From Macrostomum lignano (lineage: Eukaryota): a DNA stretch of 43,977 nt. Below are positions 21,885-38,545 of this stretch, piece after piece. Below the pieces are notes generated by a model that ran no database searches, was not told the DNA's origin, and saw nothing but the letters and a program-made list of their open reading frames with translations. Each line of letters opens with the position of its first letter. The stretch's first letter is position 1. A program made the translations under genes and the position numbers. The stretch covers positions 1 through 43,977 of the forward strand of contig NIVC01001139.1 of NCBI GenBank assembly GCA_002269645.1, written 5' to 3'.

Positions 21885-22360
21885 ACGAGTCAGATGAGGT
21901 GTTAGGTAAGGTGTCAGATAAGCTGTCAGATAAACTGTCAGATAAGGTGTCAGATAAGCTGTCAGATAAACTGTCAGATAAGGTGTCAGATAAGCTGTCA
22001 GATAAGGTGCCAGATGAGGTGTCAGATAAAGTGTCAGATGAGGTGTCAGATGAGGTGTTAGGTAAGCTGTCAGATGAGGTGTCAGATGAGGTGTCAGATA
22101 AGCTGTCAGATAAGGTGCCAGATGAGGTGTTAGGTAAGCTGTCAGATGAGGTGTCAGATGAGGTGTTAGGTAAGCTGTCAGATGAGGTGTCAGATGAGGT
22201 GTCAGAGGAGGTTTTAGGTAAGCTGTCAGATGAGGTGTCAGATGAGGTGTCAGATGAGGTGTTAGGTAATGTGTTAGATGAGATGTCAGATAAGGTGTCA
22301 GATGAGGTGTCATATGAGGTGTCAGATACTCACAAGAGGTGTCAGATAAGGTGTTAGACG
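21885..22360. repeat. 12-bp array GTCAGAT(G/A)AGGT with GTTAGGTAAGCT variants
   Basis: Seen directly; produces the DEVS/LTPH ORFs. Confidence 0.92.
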
Positions 22361-22832
22361 AAATGTCAGGGGAGGCTTAAAACGACCTAAATGCCCTGGC
22401 TAGATCAGCCTGTTGCTCGCAGCCAGGGTGGCCCCACTGACCAGTCCAGCTGCAGCAAATGCCAGCCCTTGAGCACAGTGGAACCGGGGAACTGGGGAAA
22501 CTCTTCCCGCCTCCACGGGCCGCTCCTCCCTCGGGCCTTGTGGAGTTGGGGAAGAAGGTCGATGCTGAGGAAATTGAATTTGCGAGCAAGCGACCACCCC
22601 TCATTTCCTAAGCTGCCTGCGCTGCCGGCCTGACAGCTCAGGGAGGCTGGGGATGGAGCTGCTGGAGCTGAGACTCAAGATGCAGCTGTGAGAGAAGAAC
22701 ACCTGCCTGTACAGGAAGGGGTCAGCGGAATGGGCGGCGACGCCTCCCCGCTGAATCCGAGTGCCCGGAGCCCCCTGCAGCTGAGTCAAAGTACCCGTAC
22801 GGGCAAATTTTTCGGGTCGCGATCGAGTGGTT

Positions 22833-23300
22833 TGATACCCCTGACTCCCACTGTTCGATACCCCTGACTCCCACGGTTCGATACCCCTGACTCCCACTGT
22901 TCGATACCCCTGACTCCCACTGTTCGATACCCCTGACTCCCACTGTTCGATACCCCTGACTCCCACTGTTCGATACCCCTGACTCCCACTGTTCGATACC
23001 CCTGACTCCCACTGTTCGATACCCCTGACTCCCACGGTTCGATACCCCTGACTCCCACTGTTCGATACCCCTGACTCCCACTGTTCGATACCACTGACTC
23101 CCACTGTTCGATACCCCTGACTCCCACTGTTCGATACCCCTGACTCCCACTGTTCGATACCCCTGACTCCCACGGTTCGATACCCCTGACTCCCACTGTT
23201 CGATACCCCTGACTCCCACGGTTCGATACCCCTGACTCCCACTGTTCGATACCCCTGACTCCCACGGTTCGATACCCCTGACTCCCACGGTTCGATACCC
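22833..23300. repeat. 23-bp minisatellite GATACCCCTGACTCCCAC(T/G)GTTC, about 20 units
   Basis: Direct tandem repeat. Confidence 0.97.
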
Positions 23301-23359
23301 AGATCGGGGGAGGAGACCTACACTTTGATGCCCTTGAAAAGTAAACATTGATGCTTCTG

Positions 23360-23535
23360 ACCCCTACTCTGTGATGCCCCTGACCCCTACACTGTGGTGC
23401 CCCTGACCCCTACACTGTGGTGCCCCTGACCCCTACACTGTGGTGCCCCTGACCCCTACACTGTGGTGCCCCTGACCCCTACACTGTGGTGCCCCTGACC
23501 CCTACACTGTGGTGCCCCTGACCCCTATACTGTGT
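23360..23535. repeat. 23-bp minisatellite CCCCTGACCCCTACACTGTGGTG, about 7 units
   Basis: Direct tandem repeat. Confidence 0.95.
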
Positions 23536-24546
23536 CCTGACTCCTATTGCTTCAACAAAACTGAATATTGGTTAACGTCTGGTTCCGTGGGTGGAAACTT
23601 TAGAATATTGCTGAGAGTGTACTTGATATTGTTGCAACAGCCAACAGACATTTTTTTAAAGACCTCCAGCAGATCAACGTGAGCAACAGCTCGCATAGAA
23701 TCCGTCAGTCGCGACAAAACGTGATGTCTCTGTGGAATCTACCGGTGTATTTGCTCAGACAGCTCAGTAGAGTAGAGTAATATATCCACAGGCGCATGGA
23801 GGTGTCGGGCGACAGCAGGGCGCGAGTTGGAGTTAATTAAAGCAAGGCTTGACGGTGCAAACGTGACAGCCGGCACTGGAGCGAACATGACTGCACGGCT
23901 GTCCCAGACTCCCATTGAGGATTTAGAATTAAATTTCTTACTTCTACTCAATTTACAAAATTTCCTATTCAGTTTTTATGTCAGCTCTCCCAGAATATTA
24001 CAGGTACAGTAGTGACTGCAGTTGCCGCTCACAGTGCCCGGAGCCTCAGGGTACAATCACAGAAAATAACATTCATTTTTAGTCGCTGGGACAGAAACAA
24101 CAGAAAACAGTCGAGCGGCTGAAAGCTGAGAACAGAATAAAAAAATATTCAATGCGTTCAGCTCTCCTTTCTCAGTCGAGAGGAAAATCTACAGGTTTAG
24201 AGTAGCGAAGCGTTGCTGCTTGGCAACGCCAGTTGGCCATCAGCTCTTTTTGATGCCGCCGCTGCCGCCTTTGAACTCGCTGGCAAACAAAACGCAAACG
24301 CATTGGGGACTACGGGAGAAAGTAGCCTCTTTATTCCTTTTGTAGGCCTTCTTATTCTCGCCTCAAGCTGCGACAGCGAGGGCTGCAGCTGCCGTGGTCT
24401 GCCTCATAGGGCCGGCGGATGCGGCGGCAGGGAGGGATCTACTTTGTTCTACTTCACATCAGATGTACTCGTAGATGCAGAAAACCAAGGCGGACAGCAC
24501 GAAAAACTAACACAAGTCTGCATGGCCAATTAGAGAGGACTTCAAC

Positions 24547-24820
24547 GTACAGTGTGCAGCCGGACCGGGGGAAGGGGCGATAAGCACGGGAACGCAGAAT
24601 GTACACTGCCAATGTACAGTGTGCAGCCGGATCGGGGGAAGGGGCGATAAGCACGGGAACGCAGAATGTACACTGCCAACGTACAGTGTGCAGCCGGACC
24701 GGGGGAAGGGGCGATAAGCACGGGAACGCAGAATGTACACTGCCAATGTACAGTGTGCAGCCGGACCGGGGGAAGGGGCGATAAGCACGGGAACGCAGAA
24801 TGTACACTGCCAATGTACAC
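24547..24820. repeat. 67-bp tandem repeat, 4 units
   Basis: GTACAGTGTGCAGCCGGA begins at 24547, 24614, 24681 and 24748. Confidence 0.95.
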
Positions 24821-25183
24821 ACATGGCAGCCTATTTATATAATCATTTAAAAGTACATATTAGTGAATACGAATTCAAGCCAACACAACAAGAGCTCCCC
24901 GTCCGGTCCAGTTTGACAGGTCGGTTGGAGTTCAGTGAGGGCAATTAATGGCTGAAAAAAGAATGGTTTTAATTAGCGAAGGAAAATTTCATCAGTGGGT
25001 CATGCAGAATGATCACCAACAGTGACTTCTTTCGAGGCTGCACTCGGCAAGCTGAGAAAAAAAAGATTAAAATTTCTCATGCTTTGGTCTTATAGTTATG
25101 CACTGCTTCTTACATTCACCAATTCAACACAATCGCCGAGCCAGCGAGCGTCACTGACCCCCCGCCCTCCGCTGACTGCCCCG

Positions 25184-26410
25184 TCAATCTTCATCGACCA
25201 GCTGGCGCGGCTTTCGCTGCTTCGAGTTCGGCTTCATCCCCTGCTGCTGCTGCTCCGGCGGCTGCTGCTCCGGCGGCTGCTGCTCCGGTGGCTGCTGCGG
25301 CGCCTCCTCGATGAAGCCAGCGGCCTCCTCGTCCTCCCCGATGCCGTCCTCAATCTCGACGGTGCCGTTGACTCGCTGGCGACTCCGCTCGACGGTCGAG
25401 TAGCGGTAGGTCGTGTTGCCCCTCGAACCGCCGCCGGGCCCACCGCCGCCGCCGCCACCGCCGCTGCTGCCGTCCCCGCCAGCCCGGCGCAGGCAGGCGG
25501 GCATGAGGCTCTGGAACTCCTTCTGGAAGTTGTTGTTCATCCAGCCGTACAGGAAAGGGTTGTACATCACGGAGCTCATGGCCAGCACGTGGCAGATGAA
25601 GAACAGGCCCTGGAACAGGTTCTCGTTGATGAAGCTGATGTCCTTCACCATCCACAGCAGGTTCAGCGGGATCCAGCAGATTACGAAGATCGCCACCATG
25701 GCGATGAGCATCCGGTTGGTGCGCCGCTTTCGCCGGATGTCCAGCTCCTCCTTGGTGCGCGACTTGTTGGCCAGCGTGTTGTTCTTGTAGCGGTTGCTCA
25801 GCGTGACGCTCACCCTGCTGTAGCAGACCGTGATGATGGCGCACGGGAGCAGGAACTGCAGCACGAAGCTGATCACGGTGAACACGGCCCGGTACTCGGC
25901 CTGCCAGTCCTCGATGCAGCTCACCTTGGTGCCGTTGTCGGAGACTTTGATCTTCTGGAACACGGCGATCGGTGTGCTGATGAGTACGGCAACTAGCCAG
26001 ACTATGAAGACTATGAGCAGGCAGAGGCAGGTCTTCATCCGCGGCACGAACGGGTGGACGATCACGAAGTAGCGGTCAATGGCGATGGCGGTGGAGGTGA
26101 GGCTAGAGACGTACACGGAGACCCCCATGGTCATGGGCATCAGCTTGCAGACCAGCGACGGCAGGGTCCAGCTGTCCATGAACATGGCGGCTGGGGTCAG
26201 CGGCACATTGAGCGTGCTCATGATGATGTCGGAGATGGCCATGTTGGTGATGAAGATGTTCGTGATGGTCTGCATGCCGCGCTTCCGCAGCACAACGAAG
26301 ACCACCAGGGCGTTGCCCAGGGTGCCCATGAGGCCGATGGTGGCGTAGAAGGTGATGGTGATGCCGCGCATCCAGGCGGGGTGGAGGCTGGTCCCGTTGC
26401 CGCCCGACAT
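25184..26410 (-). CDS. Rhodopsin-like (class A) neuropeptide GPCR of the NPY/NPF-sNPF/PrRP receptor group, intronless CDS, 408 aa from the first ATG
   Basis: Seven hydrophobic segments with TM1 GN, TM2 NMAISD, TM3 C...AIAIDRY, TM4 W, ECL2 Cys, TM5 FLLP...Y, TM6 FVICWIP and TM7 MSSVMYNPFLYGWMN (helix 8 NFQKEF). The N-terminal NGT sequon follows the ATG at 26410. The listed ORF start at 26506 is a TTG. The exact ligand class cannot be fixed without phylogeny. Confidence 0.95.
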   Translation of the reverse strand: MSGGNGTSLHPAWMRGITITFYATIGLMGTLGNALVVFVVLRKRGMQTITNIFITNMAISDIIMSTLNVPLTPAAMFMDSWTLPSLVCKLMPMTMGVSVYVSSLTSTAIAIDRYFVIVHPFVPRMKTCLCLLIVFIVWLVAVLISTPIAVFQKIKVSDNGTKVSCIEDWQAEYRAVFTVISFVLQFLLPCAIITVCYSRVSVTLSNRYKNNTLANKSRTKEELDIRRKRRTNRMLIAMVAIFVICWIPLNLLWMVKDISFINENLFQGLFFICHVLAMSSVMYNPFLYGWMNNNFQKEFQSLMPACLRRAGGDGSSGGGGGGGGPGGGSRGNTTYRYSTVERSRQRVNGTVEIEDGIGEDEEAAGFIEEAPQQPPEQQPPEQQPPEQQQQGMKPNSKQRKPRQLVDED

Positions 26411-27454
26411 GCTCGGCGATGAGGCTCGGGTCTGGTGGGGAGGCTGGAGGGCGGCGGTGATGCCGAAGGCACCTGCTAAAGTTTTGGCGTCTTTTTCTCC
26501 CGACAAGAAAATGGAGCGGCGCCGCAGGGGGGGGGTAATTAAAGGGAAAGCCGGGGAGGAGGAACAGAGGGAAGGCGGATAGCAAGAGGTTGAAAATGAT
26601 GGAGCAGGAAGATGAAAGGCCCACTAATGGGTCTGCAGCCTTCGAGGCCGCTCAGGGCCTGTTTGATGATGGGAGCGGGGAGGCTGCCGTGCAGGAGAGA
26701 AAATTCGGCCGCCCCTCCTTCTCACGCGCGCTTTGGTGCTAAAAAAAGTGTTAAGCAGGCACTCTTTTGATGAAGCACTTCCGGCAACGTTCCGCTCCCA
26801 CATCCCATGGCTAAGAAGCTGAAAGTTCTCCAACTTGAATTCTTGTTAGCAAGTCGCTGCCAATTAAGGGACGCCAGCCCGATTGTCTCGCTAATGAAAA
26901 GCCAATAAAAAATGCTTTCCCAGGCCACGAACAGAATCTGAACTTCCAGCGTGAACGAGAGAGACAATGCCTCACAAACACAATGGGGGGCAATTGCTAT
27001 TTGTCCTCGGCTGGGGGAAAGGCTGTCCCGGACCCCCCTGCTCAGAGGCAAAAAGCCGAAACGGGTGGGCCAGCGGGCTCAGAGCTGCGAGTTTCGGGAA
27101 GCCACAGTCTGGAGGGGGGGCCGCTGTCCCCTTGTTGGCTGAGCAAGCAAAGCCAGAAGCCAAAGCAGGGCCGCGCGGATTTCTGGGGTGGGAGGGGAGC
27201 GGCTGCTAGATGGATTTGTGTTGTAGCTCGAATCCCAGTTCCTGAGCAGTGAGGTCGCTGGCGGAGTTCATACGCAACGGGGAGCCTCGCGAAAGCTGTC
27301 CCCAGCCGTGCCTCCCTGCCTGTAGCGCTCCGACTTTTTCTACCGGCAGATTCTGTGGCTTCTTGCCGCCACTCACTTCGGGCGATTCCATTTCGAGTCG
27401 GGTCCGCTGCCTCCCCCACTGAGCGGGTGGGGCTCGCAAGTTCCCAGGCACCTT

Positions 27455-27810
27455 GAGCACCGGGCCTGCTGATGTCACTGAGCTCAAGGGGCTCCCATGG
27501 TCACTGTGAGCACCGGGCCCGCTGATGTCACTGAGCTCAGGGGGCTCCCATGGTCACTGTGAGCACCGGGCCCGCTGATGTCACTGAGCTCAGGGGGCTC
27601 CCATGGTCACTGTGAGCACCGGGCCCGCTGATGTCACTGAGCTCAGGGGGCTCCCATGGTCACTGTGAGCACCGGGTCCGCTGATATCACTGAGCTCAGG
27701 GGGCTCCCATGGTCACTGTGAGCATCGGGCCCGCTGATGTCACTGAGCTCAGGGGGCTCCCATGGTAAACAACGGGCCCGCTGATGTCTCTGAGTTCAGG
27801 GGCTCCCATA
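27455..27810. repeat. 53-bp tandem repeat GAGCACCGGGCCCGCTGATGTCACTGAGCTCAGGGGGCTCCCATGGTCACTGT, about 6.5 units
   Basis: Direct tandem repeat about 1 kb upstream of the GPCR start. Confidence 0.95.
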
Positions 27811-29276
27811 GTCGGTTATTCTATCTCCCTCTTGCTACAGAGTTTTGTCTATGGTAAAACCACAATTCAAGGTAACTTCAAGGTCACAGCTACTAACTTG
27901 TGAGGGAACAGCTTGTGTCGCCAGTTCCTATCTCTCCAGTGCGCACTGAACTTTCTCCAGTTCCTCAAACCGACAGCTGCTCCAGCGGCAGCAAGGTCAG
28001 CTGAATTATTGATGCCCATGGGGCAATCGGGACAAGATATTGAATATTTTATTGGCAAAAATATTTTAATTAAGATGAAATGTTAATTAAATTCAGCAGC
28101 CCGGGGGCGCCACTGCGGAGGCGGCCGGGTTTCTTGATCTGAGACAGAGCTCGGCTCGCCCAGCCAGTCGGAGCAAAGTGCGCCTCACCTGACAAATGCT
28201 GACTAAAAGCTCCCCGTCTCTCTGTTGCTTCGAGTCGAGCGAAAGCAGATTTTGCCGGGCTGCCTGAATGGCGCCAATTTGTAGCGGAGGGCGGACGGGA
28301 AGGCGGGGTGGGGCAGGCGGGCAGCGCGAATGGGAGGCCTCCCAGCAGACTTCGGGGAGGGGATTCTCTGGCTTTGGGAACTGGCGGGCAGCGCCTGGCA
28401 ACTCAGCGGGGGGGGCGGACGCACGCACTGTAGCTGCGGCTCCGTACGGACCGCTGGATTCTGTTTTGAACCGAAGCCCAGCAGCCGCCCAAGGTGGCGC
28501 CCATCGATTGCCGCAGCCAAAAACAAACACTCTCGGGGCGAAAGTAATTTCGCAATAAATCCATCATCGTCATAAATCAACCCCCCAGACACCTGGGTCG
28601 AGCTTGCACTTTCCCCATCCGCCTGCCTGGCAGCGTGGAGAAAAAAGTCTTCGAATCAATAAGCCAAGGCGATTGACTTGTCCCCGCTAATCCCAGGCCC
28701 GCCGCAACCCCAACATCGGGCGGGGAACCTCGTGCTCAGCGGGAGCTCAGGTTGAATTTCAGGCCGGCTCGTCAAAGCTGAGGCCCCAAGGCAGGCGACG
28801 CTTCGAAGGTGTCGGATTTCCTCACTGGCTCAGGCCAGGTGCACCTGGAATGCGAACTCGACTCCCCGTTTGCGCACGCCAAGGCTCTCGTGCAGGCGTT
28901 TTTGTTTCTGTCCCATTTTGAATTGCAACTCCTCAATACAGAAGGTGCTCAACTGCCGGAAACATCCTTCTTCAACCTGAAGCAGAGGGTTCTCCCAAAA
29001 TAGTTCCGCCCAGCAGAGACATTGTCAACTGATTGCTCAGCGACTGTCGTCTACCAACGATCCGGAACTGCAGACCCCCTTGGACCGCCGTTACCCCCTG
29101 CTGGGCCAGTGTCGCTCTCGGTGTGTTTGTTTGGCTTGGGCATGAGCGGACTGCAGTGAGGCTTTGCGCTGTCAGTCACACCTGCCGGTTGCTGGGGCGG
29201 GGGGGGGTACGGAAATGCACGACGGGGCGCTGCTTGGGGGAGCGGAGTTTCTCTGTTTACCGAATGCTGACCTAAA

Positions 29277-29584
29277 TGACTGACTGACTGACTGACTGAC
29301 TGACTGACTGACTGACTGACTGACTGACTGACTGACTGACTGACTGACTGACTGACTGACTGACTGACTGACTGACTGACTGACTGACTGACTGACTGAC
29401 TGACTGACTGACTGACTGACTGACTGACTGACTGACTGACTGACTGACTGACTGACTGACTGACTGACTGACTGACTGACTGACTGACTGACTGACTGAC
29501 TGACTGACTGACTGACTGACTGACTGACTGACTGACTGACTGACTGACTGACTGACTGACTGACTGACTGACTGACTGACTGAC
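29277..29584. repeat. Uninterrupted (TGAC)n microsatellite, about 77 units
   Basis: Seen directly. Confidence 0.98.
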
Positions 29585-29929
29585 TTTAGTGAGTGACCTG
29601 ACTGAGTTGTTTACTTATAAGCTACTCAGGTCCCCCATATCGTTCGACCTGGCCAACCGTAGCCGGAGTTCGAGCTCAAGCCATGCACCTGAGCGAGCAG
29701 TATTTGAGAACGCGGCCACCCGTGAAATCGCCGATCGGGCGCCCCGAAGAGCCGGGCCTGCAGATCGGAGCAGCTTGGGGCAAAGCAGATCGACTTTGCA
29801 AGCAGCAGGGAAACTGAGGGCGAACTCAGCCTCTCCCTGGGACGTGATGTTTTCCCTGATGTAGTCTGGGCTGCCTTCGTGTTTCTGGACTTAGATTTTG
29901 CATGGGACAGCTGCATGTAGATCGCTTTC

Positions 29930-30853
<924 letters not shown>

Positions 30854-30854
<1 letters not shown>

Positions 30855-33183
30855 ACGGTGACCTCCATCCATTCCCAGTGTTTAGGCCTAAACTAAAGTG
30901 TTTCAGTCCCTGACTTCAAATTTCAAGTCTCATTAACTGCCAGTCAGCAGAAACAGACGATGGGAGAGCGAGCAGGGTTCCTCGTTCTCTGCTGCTTTGT
31001 GCCCCATCCGATCCTTCTCTTCCGTCTTCCGGCCCCCGATGTCTTCTGCTGCTCCGAGCGCGGGCTGCATCCCTGGCCGGAAAGCCATTCCATGATGGGA
31101 CCTCGAGGAGCGGCCCGCATGAAATCTCCTTCGAGTCGGGAGGGGGGTTCGTCCGTCAGACAATGGGCTGCGGGACTTGAAGAAGCCCCCTTCGAGTTTC
31201 ATCGCAGCCCAAGGATCGAATCCCGAAGCGGGCGGCCATAATCCCGTGGAGTTCGTATCCCCGAGCATTCCAGAGCCTCCCCCAGCCTGTCCGGGACAGT
31301 TTTCAGGCGTTTCTTAGACTGGACAATTTTTGTCCAGGCAATCAACGGGACGGGCGGGAGGGCGCAGATTAATTAATAGGCATAATTAATTAAAGGCCTG
31401 CTGCATCCGCTCTCCCTCGGAGACTCCTCAGCTTCCCCGTTTGCGAGTTTTTTCCGGCATTTCTAGGAATTATATTTAATCTCTATTTTATTATTCAAGG
31501 ATATGATTAGCGCTGCCCTCTTTGGGAATTCTCTTTCATCCACCGGTTTTGCTGCTGCACGCAGAGAAAAGGAATATGGAAGAAGCTGTTTGATGCGGGG
31601 CCGGCAGTGCAACTCTGGAAATCTTCCTCGGCGCCTGCCGCTCCCGCAGGTGCGCAGCGCGGTGAGCCGCTTGATTGACAGGCCGCTGTCAAAGTGGACA
31701 GCCAGCCAGGCAGACAGGCAGACAGGCAGACAGGCAGACAGGCTGCAGCTTCCCAAGCTTCATCATTCATCTTGCAGCCAGCCAGTCCAGATGCAGAGCT
31801 TGACAACTCTGCTATGCCAGACTCGGGAGATGAGGCTGCAGTGCAGCCATTCGAACCCCGCGTTGCTCTCGTCCCAGCCTCCCGCAAGAGGCAGTTCCCA
31901 TTTCCTTGCCTTCCCACTTCATCTAAACAAATACTAGCCACTTCCGCACTGTGCGGTTGTTATAATTATTGCCGTTATTTGCTCTGGAGAGACTTCTCTG
32001 CCTTAGGGAGGAGGGCAGGTGGAGTGGCGAGCTGCAGTCCCAGGGCATCTGACTTGCTGCTGTTGCTTCTGCAATTTCTATTCACTCACTTACTCACTCA
32101 CTCAATCACTCACTCACTCACTCACTCACTCACTCACTCACTCACTCACTCACTCACTCACTCACTCACTCACTCACTCACTCACTCACTCACTCACTCA
32201 CTCACTCACTCACTCACTCACTCACTCACTCACTCACTCACTCACTCACTCACTCACTCACTCACTCACTCATGAACTCACTCATGAACTCATGAACTCA
32301 TGAACTCACTCACTCACTCATGAACTCACTCACTTTCCAGTGAGCAGAAATAAGTGAGCTCACACCACAGCTCACATCAACTCCGGCTGCGACAAGGTTT
32401 ACTGAGAATATGAGAACTGGGATTGTGCCAAGCTGAAGGGGATCAGCCCACCCGCCAGTGCAATGAATAGTTGTGGACCTCATATAGGAAATTGCAATCT
32501 GCAGGGGATGCAGTACGCTAGATTATGAGAACTGGGATCATTTTAGTTTAGTAGTACATCTGAGCACTATAATTGCGAGTAGTATACGCATCTTACGACT
32601 CAATTCCTGTTGCTTTTCCCGAATGTAGGATCAATTGCAGCATTCGATCTCTCATCTGGTCTGGACTTTAACTTTGAGTTCGGAAGAAATCAGCGCTTGA
32701 GACCGGCAAACAAGCAAAATTCATGCAAAACTTCCCGATCTGTAGCCCTTCAACTACGAGTACAAAGTAAGTCGGTCAAGGAATCGGGAGCTGTACTGTT
32801 AACCTCAGACAGTTTCGTTTGATTTTTGTTAAATTCAGCTTTTGAATTTGTTTAAAATTGGATTCGTCAAATTAATTTTTTTTCGTTTCTAACAACTTGA
32901 AGCTGACTTTTTGCTTTTTTAATAAAACTCAGCGGTCTTGCTGCATTGTGAGCAGAGAATTGCAGTTCCCGCGATTGAACTGCTCAGTAATGGCGGCACC
33001 GCTGCCAGCACCATCCCACCCGATGAGAATTATCCCCAGGGATTTAAAAGGCAAAATATTAATATTTGGGGTGATGACAGGTCCTGGTTATCCTGGAGCT
33101 TGCACTCCGTTTCTTCATGGGAAGTTATTTTTTGATAAAATTTTGCTTGAGGAAATGATTTTTCCTCTGTCATCCTCTTAACT
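30854..33183. repeat. Copy 1 of the tandem segmental duplication (includes (CACT)n at about 32082-32270)
   Basis: Matches 33976-36307 at a constant offset of 3122 over the first about 1.19 kb; the ORF track gives identical proteins in both copies. Confidence 0.97.
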
Positions 33184-36960
<3,777 letters not shown>

Positions 36961-37477
36961 GTCAGTCAGTCATTCAGTCTCTGTCTGTCGGGAAGCAGGC
37001 ATCCCAGAGCACTTTATCTCGGTATTCCTTTGTCACTTTTAATTCTAAGTCTTTAGTTCATTTTTTCATCAAGCAGCTTAACTTTGTTTTTCCTTCTCAG
37101 CGGGGAATTTTGTCAGAGAAATTCGCCTGTAGAAAATCTGCAGACCCGGATTAGTAACCCTACTGGAACAGCCCCCCCCCCACCCTCCCGTTTGAATCGC
37201 CCCCCGGCCTGTCATGGCGCTAATCCCTTATCTCCTTGCCGTGAGCAGTCCCGGGGGTCTCACTGATTCCCTGCATGTGCAGTTCAAGCTGTCAGATAAT
37301 TAGAGATTTACTCAGACCTTCCCCAGTCGGATGTGAGAAGTGCTCAGGTGCGGTGAGTCGGTTCGAGCCCGAGCACTGCTCAGTGTTGAGCCGGCCAGTG
37401 AGTTGTAATTGAAATACTGAAGCATATCAGCTCTGCAGGGCAAAGTTTATCGTCAGTCAGTTCTGTTAGAGATTTCG

Positions 37478-37532
37478 ATGGCGCCTGGAGACCTCCTGCT
37501 CACCGCCTGCATCCTGGCCGCAGCTGTCTCTC
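37478..37532 (+). CDS. Probable first coding exon of a secreted or membrane protein: signal peptide MAPGDLLLTACILAAAVS
   Basis: ATG at 37478, a hydrophobic core ending in small residues (AAAVS), and a consensus donor C|GTGAGT at 37533 (phase 1, the usual phase after signal-peptide exons). Too short to appear in the ORF track. Confidence 0.65.
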
Positions 37533-37606
37533 GTGAGTTTTCATGGAATTTTCTTTCAGCCTGCGACCTCTCGCGCTAGTGGTAGTGGCCTTACTGAGAA
37601 GGCGCA

Positions 37607-38545
37607 CCATTTCATTTTAGAGGTGCCATTTCATTTTAGAGGTGCCATTTCATTTTAGGGGCGCCATTTCATTTTAGGGGTTCCATTTCATTTTAGGGGC
37701 GCCATTTCATTTTAGAGGGTGCCATTTCATTTTAGGGGTTCCATTTCATTTTAGGGGCGCCATTTCATTTTAGGGGTGCCATTTCATTTTAGGGGCGCCA
37801 TTTCATTTTAGGGGGTGCCATTTCATTTTAGGGGTTGCCACTACATTTTAGGGGGTGCCATCTCATTTTAGGGGCGCCATTTCATTTTAGGGGGTGCCAT
37901 TTCATTTTAGGGGGCGCCATTTCATTTTAGGGGCGCCATTTCATTTTAGGGGCGCCATTTCATTTTAGGGGGTGCCATTTCATTTTAGGGGGCGCCATTT
38001 CATTTTAGGGGCGCCATTTCATTTTAGGGGCGCCATTTCATTTTAGGGGCGCCATTTCATTTTAGGGGGTGCCATTTCATTTTAGGGGATGCCATTTCAT
38101 TTTAGTGGGTGCCATTTCATTTTAGGGGCGCCATTTCATTTTAGGGGTGCCATTTCATTTTAGGGGCGCCATTTCATTTTAGGGGGTGCCATTTCATTTT
38201 AGGGGCGCCATTTCATTTTAGGGGCGCCATTTCATTTTAGGGGCGCCATTTCATTTTAGGGGCGCCATTTCATTTTAGGGGCGCCATTTCATTTTAGGGG
38301 CGCCATTTCATTTTAGGGGCGCCATTTCATTTTAGGGGGTGCCATTTCATTTTAGGGGCGCCATTTCATTTTAGGGGCGCCATTTCATTTTAGGGGTGCC
38401 ATCTCATTTTAGGGGCGCCATTTCATTTTAGGAGGCGCCATTTCTTTTGAGAGGTAGCGCCATTTCATTTTAGGGGCGCCACTTCATTTTAGGGGCGCCA
38501 TTTCATTGTAGGGCGCGCCATTTCATTTTAGGGGTTGCCATCTAA
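37607..38545. repeat. 19-20-bp minisatellite GCCATTTCATTTTAGGGG(C/GT), about 48 units
   Basis: Direct tandem repeat. Confidence 0.97.

Noticed and set aside
21708-23348. DEVS, LTPH and GVRGIEQWES repeat ORFs
   Set aside because: Translations of 12- and 23-bp arrays.
20170-24530. GC-moderate unique segments between arrays as exons of a hidden gene
   Set aside because: No phase-consistent chain of splice sites or recognisable protein on either strand.
25022-26624. Overlapping ORFs 25022-25996 (+), 25350-25844, 26103-26624 and others
   Set aside because: Shadow frames of the GC-rich GPCR CDS.
30933-32000. ORFs of 93-193 aa inside the duplicated unit
   Set aside because: They overlap on both strands with no domain-like sequence; their identity between copies reflects the duplication, not selection.
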